In this document: in pieces, positions 13,550 to 25,400 of the stretch
Layout of the letters: every line of letters starts with the position of its first letter
Numbering within the stretch: position 1 is the first letter of the stretch
Assembly: GCA_051047955.1 (NCBI GenBank)
Contig: JBPGPT010000016.1
Location: forward strand, 1 to 64,000
Origin: Cystobasidiomycetes sp. EMM_F5
Lineage: Eukaryota
Direction of reading: 5' to 3'
Length of the DNA stretch: 64,000 nt
Program-made: the position numbers and the translations under genes
Notes under the pieces: model-generated
What the model was told of the DNA's origin: nothing
The model's database searches: none
Seen by the model: the letters and a program-made list of their open reading frames with translations, nothing else

Positions 13550-15092
13550 ATGCCCACCCTGACGCTGCCAGCTATCGATGAGGCGACTTTCAGCTTACTT
13601 AACAAGGATGCACAGGACGCGCTACTGAGCGGGATTCGATTGTTGGAATCCACCATCGATGCGCAGCGGGTGGGGGCTATGGCAGTAGCGTACGACATTC
13701 CCAGGCGTGACAACAATGAGCGCTCTGACGGCCGAGGGCTCATTAGGTCCATCTGTCTGTACGATGCAATCGTAATGTTTCCCCGGGAAGTCAAAACAAT
13801 CTATCCACAGTCGAGAAAAATGGTTTCCGTCAGTTCGCTGTCTCGCACGCAATATGGCGTGCCCGACTGATCCTTTTCCCGCGATTCCCCAGTTACTCTA
13901 CTTGTTCACAAGATGGTCTTTCGTAATACAAATAGTCTGGAATGTACGTGACAGCAAAAGTAGCTGGGCGAATTCATTTAGCACCATTAATACCAAATCT
14001 CCACAGATAATAGTGGGCGAGGCCACTCTTCCCAACAACTGTTCTAATTCCCATCCGCACATACGTTTGGTAGAAATGGTCGCAGCGCTGGTCTAGTAAG
14101 CCTCGCTAAGACTGCACGAGAGTCTTCTCACGCAGATTGCTCCCCGGCTGTAGCGGAGCAGTGTCGGCTCATGAATATCTTTCTCACAATATTGCCGGTC
14201 ATTTCGGTACGCAAAGGCTTTGCGGTGCAGGGGTATGATTTCGAGCTGATCGCATCGTCAAACAGTTGGTTCCCGCTCATTGCCTGTTCTTACTACGGAT
14301 ATGGTCGATTGTGGGTAGTAGTATCTCGTGATGGCAAAAGCGCCGACACTTTCTGGAGCAGTGGAATCGTCGCAAGCTGGTTCTGCTAGTCTGCGCGCCC
14401 TTTATCATTGGTGAAGCAGTCGCTGTGTTTTGGCTTGCATTTGGAGCAAGAGCAACGCCGGCGCCCTTTCTCGGAAAGACAGGGGCTTGCATACCGGTGG
14501 CCGATAACTCCTTCGTTCTGGTGTATTGGGTGCGCTGATGTCTGCTTGGGCTCAAGCACGAGCTCCATTGAAGCTTACATCTTTCAAAGCTTCCCATTAT
14601 GGCTGTCGATACTGTACTCATGGCTTTCGCTGGGTACAAGCTCAGACAAATGCTGAAGGATAGCGTTGGTATCGCTACGTCTGACTTGGTACGCCTTCTA
14701 CTGGAGCAGAGTTTGCAGTTTTTCATCTTGAATTTTCTCGCAGTAAGTCGAGTCGGCGCTTTTGGCAGCAGGTCATGATAACTAACCTGTCAAACAGAAT
14801 GTAATAAACGTGTCGGTCGTCGAAGAGCCAGCAGTAATCGGTTCATGGCTGATAATTGTGATCGAACAGGATATGGAGCGTATCGCATTATGGCAAGCCA
14901 AACAGCGCCATGCTTGCTGGTCCGGCGGCTTTGATGAGTGTTTTGCTGAGCTTGCGGTGCGTAGTAGAGCTCCGAGAATCCAGCGAAAGCGAGAGTACAT
15001 CGAACAATACGCGAAGTGCAGTGTCCGTTCGTGTCAACAATGCGCCCCTCCACAGCAACATAGAATTGCGAAGGATTGCACAATTTCGTTAG
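13550..15092 (+). CDS. 7-TM integral membrane protein, DUF6533-like / GPCR-like, paralog B (11 exons)
   Basis: Same 10 intron positions as paralog A: YDAIVMFPREVKTIY..LLYLFTR..TEQC..FLLRIWSIW..GAC..DTVLMAFA..QSLQFF..SLRCVVELRE. Confidence 0.8.
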
Positions 15093-15456
15093 TTGGTTAT
15101 GTCATACCTGGTAGAGCGGTAGTGTTGGACAGCAGGATGTTGGGGCTTCTAGTATACAGTAATGTAAACGTGGTCTTGCTATATCAGCGTGAATGCTGCC
15201 AGGGGTTGCTTACCGAAACTTACCGCCTTGGGCTTGACTCCTGCGCGCCGGATAGTCATGGGATGTGCATTTGGGCAAAACTCGCAGCCCAAGCGGTGGA
15301 GTTCCAGTGCATCTTTCCTGAATTGTGCATTGCGCAGAAGCGCCTATCCCGACCACGTCAACCCAGCTAATCCATCGCAATCAACAACACAATCTAAACC
15401 TCGTAGCCTCCTTCTGCTGCGCAGTGAATGTCAGGCGCATTACCAAGCCCGTAGCA

Positions 15457-17402
15457 ATGCAGCAACAACAGCAGCCAACAAGTAGCCTCAGTCCTGCCTC
15501 CGTTCTGCAGGCACTCGACCTCGCCGGTGGCGCAGATGGCATCAATGAAGGCGTGTTGTTTGGCGAACAATCAGGTGTGAATGATCGCAAGATATTGTCG
15601 TCCATATGTCCGTCGACGGGGGAGACACTTGGGCGCGTCAGCGTGGTCTGTTGTTCAGCCTGCAATAGCAGTCGCGACTCACGCTGACTTGGTACCTGAC
15701 CTCCAGGCTCATGAAACGGAGATCGACTCCCTCATCGCTTCTGCACATTCCGCTTACATCGTGCTGCGGATGATGCCTGCACCCGAGCGGGGCACAGTCC
15801 TGCTTACAATTCGCTCTCTTTTGGCTGAGAACAAAGTGTCCTTGGGCGCCCTCATTTCGCTTGAAATGGGGAAAGCCATTTCCGAGGGTATGGGTGAAAT
15901 ACAGGAAGCCATCGATATATGCGACTATGCCATCGGTCTCTCACCAATGCTGCCTGGCAAAGTCGTCCCAAGTGAAAGACGCGATCATTTCTTAATGGAG
16001 AGCCCAAGCCCGTTAGGCGTTGTCCTTGTCGTATCCGCCTTCAATTTCCCGCACGCAGTCATGTTCTGGAACTTCGCTCTCAGTTTTGTCTGCGGCAACG
16101 CAACTGTCTGGAAGCCCTCTGAAACGGCGGGCTTGATTGCAGTCGCAACGACAAAACTTGTTCACAAAGCTTTCCGACAGCATAAGCTTCCTGTTGCACT
16201 TCTTTCGCTGTGTTGCGGCGAGGTTTCCGTCTCTAAGGCACTAGTAGCCCACCCGCGCATCCCTCTGGTGTCCTTTACTGGATCGGAGAAGACAGGAAGG
16301 TTAGTATCAGCGGCTGTCGGCGCCAAGCTTGGTCGCAGCATACTTGAGCTGGGCGGAAACAATGCCATCGTAGTTCTTCCGGACGCCAATCAAGAAATGG
16401 CGCTCCGTACGGTCCTGTTTGGAGCGCTGGGGACTGCTGGTCAGCGATGCACGTCAACTAGGCGTCTGCTTCTACATCAGTCTATAGCAGAAGACTTCGT
16501 CGAGCGTCTCAGCAAGGCTTACGCCAATGTGATCAATACTCATCGCATCGGGGATCCACTCGACCAGGCGTATTTGATGGGTCCAGTACATACCGCTGTA
16601 GCGGTCGACGCATACAATGCGGCGTTAGTCGAAGCTCAAAAGCAGGGAGGTCGGCTACTGTGCGGAGGGAGCGCTGTCAAGCACCTCAAACAAGGCTACG
16701 AGAAGGGATTCTGGGTGCAACCCGCCATGGTCTTCCATGCTGATCGCCATCCGGAGATTATGGAAGAGGAGACTTTTGCCCCGATCCTGCGTAAGCGCCG
16801 GTGTCCCGCTATCCGATTCTTTCTTCTAATCTTCAGTTGCTCCGACGCTAGACATCTCTACGTTCAAGACCCTGGAGCAAGCGATCGACTTGAACAACCG
16901 CGTCCGCCAGGGTCTGTCATCCTCATTATTCACCACGTAAGCTCAAAACCTCTACGAACTGCATTAGCTGAACAAATACATTTGCTTCGCAGGTCAATGC
17001 AATCAGTATTCGAATGGTTAGGTCCTGCTGGATCGGATACCGGAATCTGCAACGTCAATCAGAGCACAAGTGGGGCGGAGGTGAGTGCAGTGCTGTGGAC
17101 CATCGTGTGCTAGGCCTGATGCGGCACTTTATGTGGTCAGATAGGATGCGGATTCGGCGGTAATAAGGGTAAGCCGCTGCTACAGCCATCCCTTGGTCTT
17201 CCTCAGCTGAAGCTATCATGCAACTAGCGACTGGCTGGGGACGCGAGTCTGGAGGCGACGCCTGGAAGCAGTATTGTAGCTGGAAGTCTGCGACAGTCAA
17301 TTTTGGCAATCAGCTAGGCTTGGTGGGCAATCGAAAAACAGTTGTTTGCCGTGACTGACTAATTCTTTTCGGGTTTAGGCACAAGGCTTGGTCTTTGAAT
17401 GA
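15457..17402 (+). CDS. ALDH7A1: aldehyde dehydrogenase family 7 (antiquitin / alpha-aminoadipic semialdehyde dehydrogenase-like)
   Basis: SAFNFP, WKPSE, SFTGS, LELGGNNA, catalytic AGQRCTS, EETFAPI; spliced C-terminus [37 protein letters not shown] is characteristic of ALDH7. Confidence 0.88.
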
Positions 17403-17541
17403 AGCCCGACAGGCAGAGCATAATTCATGCTTTTGCCAGCCTTTTACAAAGTCGTTAGTTATCTGTCAGAGTGACGTGAAGCATGAAGTGCAGGGTTGTG
17501 ACTGCCTTGAAGCTATCCACCTCCATTATGAGCGAATGCTG

Positions 17542-18929
<1,388 letters not shown>

Positions 18930-19099
18930 AGTGCCGACCTCAGTATCTGTTGTCGTATTGCCAATCCGTTTTTCGTCGTCCAATTCCAGCACCAGCCAAA
19001 TTAGGTGGCAAACATCATTGGTTGCATTAGGCTCACACGCTGGCATGCTATGGTAACAACAACACGCAGAGAGTGGTATCATGACTGTTCTTCCCGACT

Positions 19100-20151
19100 T
19101 CATTTCTGTATCCGCTCAAACCGCCAGAAGTCAACGAGAATATCGAGGCTCGCTTTCTTATGAAACGCCATAGACCTGTGTTTCAGACACAGTCAGCCTA
19201 AGGACAGCCGATCTCCAATAAGGTCTCCTCACTTTGGTAGATCATACCGCATCTCCGCGAGTACTTGTCCTTTGAAGCCAAACTGAGCGGCTCGCTTCAT
19301 GATGTAGTCCCGCGTACTTGTCTTGTGCAGCGAGTATATCGAGGTCCGTGCAATCTGTGTGATACGCAATAGCCATCATCGCAAATTGATTGATACACTA
19401 TCGTGCGAATTGCTTACCTTAGTCGCAACTTCAAGAAAGACCATATCTATTCCCTTAACTTTGGTACCAAATGGCGCGTTCTGGATCTAAGCCTGGACTT
19501 CAGCTTTCATTGCGTGTCGAAATATACATTAGCGTACGACTGAGGAAATGAAATCAGCCAAGCTAATCAGGCATGCGGATGAGGCTGCTCACCAGTATCG
19601 AATCCACCAACTATTATAAAACGGTTCAACACAACGTAAGCTGTTGTGTTTTCAGTCGATAGAAAAGTATGCACCTTTCAACCTGTCCAGTAATGGGCAC
19701 CCGTCCTCGTTCAGCTGCGCGACATCGGCTTGAATAAAGTCAATTTCGCTGTCGACCTCTGCCTCCGCCACATTCTCGAGAGCAGTCGCAAGAGCGGCCT
19801 CGTCGACATCTACTCCCAGAACATAGCTTTCCGTTGTAAACATCAGTCTTGGGGGGCCGTCTTGCTCATGTAGCGGTCATTCACCTGGCACCACATATGT
19901 TTGCAGCGATTGAGAGGATGCCGCAACCGCAGCCCAAGTCGAGGATCTTCTTGTCGGCAATCTCATCGTACGAACTATGCGCCGTAAAGAGCATGCGAGA
20001 AGCTAGGTGCGAGGATGTAGGGTACTGAATCCCTAGACTTCAGCCTGAATACCATGGTCGACGATGGACCACCGACCTGTTCCAGTATTGGATTGGCTTC
20101 AGCAAAGCGGCGGAGAGGCTGCAAAGCACTTTCAAGATCTTTGAGACGCAT
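19100..20151 (-). CDS. METTL5: METTL5-like rRNA N6-adenosine methyltransferase
   Basis: MRLKDLESALQ..LEQYPTSSHLASRMLF, SAM motif ILDLGCGCGILSI, GVDVD, FDTVIQNAPFGTK..GIDMVFL, YSLHKTSTR, AEMRYDLPK..FHKK..VDFWRF*. Confidence 0.92.
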
Positions 20152-21259
20152 GACTTCGCTTTGTAGCACCCGAAGGCCAGATGGGCAATATGCAAGCAGG
20201 AAATGGTTCGGCGAAGCAGTTCGGACGTCACCACGTGATATCGTTGTCTCACACCCATCGATGGTGACTTGTGCCCGTCGCACCGGACCAGCAAACTACT
20301 GTTGCATACACAAAGAATATTCGACAAATATAACCTCCCCGGCCTGCGTATCTCGATAGCCAACGACACTTGACAAGGTGGGTTCAATGTCATGGCATCG
20401 GTACGTAGATGCCTCCCAGTCTCTCACGCTCTCCAGTCTTCTCTTGGGCCAAATGACAAGTAATACTAGTCTGACAAATACGACCTATCTGTCTCGACAT
20501 GCGACCGCAGAGCAGTGAAGACATTTTAAGACGACCCGGAGACTTCGCTACGCCTTGGATATATGCACGTGAATCATAATGCCCAACATCAAAGCTGAGT
20601 GACGCGTATGCTGCAAACAGTCAGCGACAGTGAGCGGATGGCTGCGTCCATCAGAAGCATCCTTATCCCTGGAGAGAAGTAGTTACGCTAATTTAGTTGA
20701 TGCTGCAAGTCGATTTGCGGAACGGTAAGGGCAACGCCATCCGATACATCGTTGTCCTGTCTTAGCAATATCAGCATCGTTCTGCTTTATCGTCGTGACG
20801 TGTTGTCGCCGGCATCTCCGCGCCAGCTGCGCTGTTAAGCGCCTGGGAAACTGATCTAAATCTATGAAAGACGCGGGATTCTCGGATGTCAGCATTTGTC
20901 AGCTTCCGTGCGCAAAAGTCAATGTCGTTGGATAGAGCTAGGGTCGAGATTAGCAGATCGACTCAAAGTCTGCTCATGTTATTTTGGCAGGAAACGAACG
21001 AAATGCGCAGTAGTCCAGATGTCCGATGCTAGCTACAGTCTGGCAGGCGCCAACTTGGTGACGTCAGCACACTTCTGCAGCTTTCTCTCGCTGTTGCAGA
21101 GAAATCTTGTTCAACGGGCAACGAGGAGCCTTTGCAGCAGTTCACGCGTCCGTATCGAGTGGCTGGCCCTTTTCGTATAGCGCGTTCTGTATATTGAGTC
21201 CTTCAGTTGGGGTCTACGTACTGCACGCCCCAGCTTGTCAGCTTTGACCTTCTCTGTGA

Positions 21260-21296
21260 GTCGCGTCGCGTCGCGATGGTCTGTTTACGTCACGTG
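21260..21296. promoter_or_regulatory. candidate promoter elements: (GTCGC)3 repeat, plus CRE TTACGTCA overlapping E-box CACGTG
   Basis: gtcgcgtcgcgtcgcg at 21260-21275; TTACGTCA 21285-21292 and CACGTG 21291-21296, about 105-140 nt upstream of ATG 21402. Confidence 0.3.
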
Positions 21297-21401
21297 TGCG
21301 AACCCTTGGTCCGCGAAGGCCAACATCGAGAGTGATGCCAGCTGTGCGGTTGATCCCGCACTGACAGCTCTATCCTTCCTACCATTCAAGAAATAGACAT
21401 C

Positions 21402-22150
21402 ATGCCCACCAAGCGCACTGCCAATGACAGCGAAGATGACGAGTTCCAGCCGTCAGTTGCTGCTGCTGCTGGGCCCTCTGGAACCAAAAAGGCAAAGACC
21501 GCGTCTACGTCCCAAGCAGGTGCTTCAAACGATGCATCTAGACCCTACACTCGTGCAGTCCTTCTTGCAAAAACGCATGAGCAGCTGGTCGAGATCTGCC
21601 TCAGCCTCCAGTCTGAGCCCAAAGGTCGGGCAGTGGTTGAGCTAACCCCTGCACAGATCAAGGAGAAGGCAGATGTAAATAATCTACTCCTTCACCTCTC
21701 GCCGCTTCCGCTGCCTTGGTATTGACGACACATATCGGTATTACGCAACACAGGCTGCCAGGAAACTCATGGTCAACCAGATCGGTAAATCGATGAAATG
21801 GACAGCTTCCTGCAAGACCGGCACCGCCAAGTGGAGCGTGCGTCTAGACTGTATCCCCCTATCTGTTTGTCATTGCTCACATTGAGGGCTGTTTCATAGT
21901 ATGAGGCCTTCGTCTCAAACGAGGCCGTATTTCTAGAAATGTTTGAGCTCAAGGCTTTCAAAGGCAAGCAGATGAAGATGAAACGCGAAGTATTCCAGGA
22001 CGAAGTCGGCACGCCGGTTGGCCAAGTCAGATACGACTCGCTGTCCATCACCAGTGCGGAAGTATGTCACATCGTGGCATACTATAGGTCACAATCAGAT
22101 GGAATGCTGAAGATCTTCACTTCAAGGTATCCGGATCGTACGGCAAGTAA
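21402..22150 (+). CDS. conserved fungal hypothetical protein (about 4 exons)
   Basis: ATG with NLS-like N-terminus (MPTKR..KKAK). Introns near 21674-21753 and 21838-21899 give an open frame QIGKSMKWTASCKTGTAKWS-YEAFV..VRYDSLSIT; C-terminus VSGSYGK*. Confidence 0.7.
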
Positions 22151-22404
22151 CTGGAGAGACCGTGTCCCTATTGATGGGCGGGGAAGGTCTGACACAAGGC
22201 AAGGAGCACATTGACAAGGAGAAAGCGTGGTGCAAGCAGTCACATTGTAGAGCCTTTTCAATGAGAATACCCATGTATCTGCAGACCATAGATCATTCGC
22301 GAATTAATGTAATTCGTTGAACATACGTGACCCGTTTAGACGCAACAACACTTATGTATCGCTCTGCAGCGTTGATTTTCCCACAACAAGCATTCTCGGC
22401 CAGT

Positions 22405-25400
22405 CTAGTAAGCAGAAATGTTTGACAAAGTCTTGCCAAAGAGTGCCAGCCACTCCGCATTGAAGAAGAGCGCCTCTGTCAAACTTCGATTCGTCCAAGC
22501 CCGCTGGTCGCGCAATGCGACTGCCTGCTGTGCGCCAAAGTTACGCGTCACATTCTCAAACTCTTCGCGGTCTGCGCACCCAGCTTTCAGTTGCTCGACG
22601 TCCTCAAGACATGCACCAAGTACCGAAACAGCATAAATGGTCTCTACGCTGGACTGAGCTGCGTCCTGACCTGCTGGAATCAGATTCGCAATGATGGCCT
22701 CGAAGATGCGCACAGTCTCAACTAGCAAACGCTGCGCCTGTGCTTCTTGATGCCGACTCATGAGGAGTAGAGTTCTGGTAATCATGTCGCTCGTAAGTAG
22801 CTCCATTCGCCTCCGTACGATTGAGGCATCGGACACTGCTGAATTTGATGCCGGAGAAGGTGGACTCTGCGGAGTCTTGGTCGGCGGAAGGACCGTCGTG
22901 GTCAACAGCGCAGGATAAGGAGTCCGGAGTACTCGTGAAATGTCATCCGTTGGATCGTGGAAGGTCGCATTGACTTCGAAGATGGGCACGTCATCAGCCA
23001 TCGTGTCGCCAATTTCATCGTAAAATTCGTCTTGTACATCCGAGAATGCGTTTGGATCGACACCAAGTCTTTGTATGAAGAAATCGTCCGTGGCGGTGAG
23101 GGAAGGCTTGCGGCGCACTGCTACACTCGCCCGCTTGTTTGGACTATTGCGAGGCGCACCAAACTCTATCTCAATCAGCATCTCCTTCTTCTCCCCGTGA
23201 CGCATCTCGCCGAGTGCGATATCCACGTCCTTTCCGTCAGAAGACACAATAGCACTACCGATACCAGCGACTTTTCGTATGCGGAACCAGCGTCTCTCTT
23301 GAACATTGAGATGCAACTTGAGAGAAGCGATAGCCACGCTCAGCATACCGCCAATACAGCCCGCCAGGGATTCCTTGAGTTGGTAGAAATCCCGGACAAA
23401 GGTATAGGAACCTTTGCTGTGATTTGACAGCAACCACAAGGATGATGGGTCGTGACCTCTGCCCCATCCAAATGCATGGATGGGTACTCGTCCAGCCTCT
23501 ATTCGCGCGTTGAGCATCTCTATGTGCGCCTTCTGCGCTCCATCTTTGCCATCGTTAAGAAGTATCATGCCGGAAGTGGCAGACTTGACCTGGCGTTGCA
23601 GTATGATATCTAATGCTAGATTAACGGCAGAGGCAACAGTAATCCGCTCCTCTTTGGCATCAACAGGAATTACTCCCTCCCCTCGCCTGGGACTCCCCGA
23701 CGCGGCACTGCCGTCACCTGTCAGGTCGACAATGGCCTGCTCGAGTCGTTTGAGCCCGTCCGCGCGGCCTGTTGCGAGCCATGGAGTTTTCTTAAGACAT
23801 CCGGTGGCAGCGTCGCCAGCAGTGTATGCGACCACACATATCCGTGCTCGCGGCCCGACTGAATGTACGATGAAGTCGAGCGCCGAGCGGAGCAGACGTA
23901 ATTTGAGACCGCTGTTACTAGGACCGGTGCTTGCTGCAGAGGGCACTGATAAAACTAGCATGAGGTCGAGCGGCGTATATTGTACGGGGTCAGGTGAGGT
24001 CCAGCCTTGGAGATGTATAGAACTCTGATGAATATTGTTTGATGGAAGCGGTGGTACAGCTTGTTCTGGCGCTGGAATTGGCGACATCTGAGCCTTTCCG
24101 GATCCGGAGGTGGATGGAGCAGTCGTGGCCTTAGTGCCTCGGGACAGGGAGGTCTGGCCAGACTGTGAAGTAGTCGCGGACACATTGGAATCACGCCTTC
24201 CATCTGCATCTTGCTCTGAAATCCCGCCCTGCCCGTCTTTTGAAGATAAAGGCGGTCGGTGGTGGTCCACGAGAGCTTGAATCTGTAATCGCCAATGTTC
24301 GAGACTTTCGCGAGTGGCAAACAAAATGACAAAACTGTCTAGAGTATCATCCTCCTGTAGGGACAAAAGTCTAATCAGTATGCAACAATGGCGCTATGCG
24401 AAGCATACGGATTTACCATGTGTATAGTTAGACTGAGGCCTTCCGCGACTGAACTCGTATCCTCTACGCTGCGCATGTGTTTCACGAATACACGGCCCTT
24501 AAGACGTAGCTTATCATCGTCACTTGCTTTGTTGTATCCCGCTTTCTTTCGATCATCTACCACGCAAAGTAAAACCTCCTCGAAAAGGTACACCACAAAG
24601 TCTCGGACATTACGATCCTTCCTGACTTGTAGATTGTCGAACATGCGTAATGAGCCGAAGCTAGTCGCAGGTTGATGCCCTTTCCAGTCTGCCATTCGGC
24701 GAACGAGATCCTCGAAGACCGCACCGAAGGGTCCATGAGCCTCGCGAGCCTTTTCATCTTGTGCAGCATTGACGTTCGCAGTCAAAGTTATTGTACTTGC
24801 GTTACTACGGCTGAACCCGTCGTCAGCAGCATGGCCCGTCGAGAAGGATGCAGCAGACACCGAGCCTGGCGTTGTGAAGGCACTGGAGATGTGTGTCTGC
24901 GGCGAGAGGCCAGCAGAAATAGCTGCCGACTGAGAAGATATGCTGGCGTCCATCGCATGCGACATCGCACCGCTAGCACCATGGTAGGGCTGCATGCCGT
25001 TTGAGAATGCAGATACGGAAGGCGATGCGGGAAAGTCTTCTGTCCCGCTCGTGGCATTGGATTCGCGTCTCGAACCGTTCACATTTGGAATAATGCGGCC
25101 GTTCGCGGTTTGGCTGCTGTACATCGGGCCTTGCAGCTGATGATGGCTGACACTATCTTCGGCAATGGTGTTTAGTGTACGTGATCGCGCACGCTGTCCA
25201 TCGATGGGGGCAGATGATCTGGCTGGCACTTCTATCGTGACCATGCAAGTCAAGTGGACGCGCTTCTCCGGATCTAAAGGCCTCGTGATGGTCTTGTTCT
25301 CGGCTCTGACTGTAATCTTTGGCATAACAACAGAACTCTTTGAAGCGATAGGCGATGAAGAAAATCCATTCTGCGCGCCGAGAGCGATATGTTGCATATA

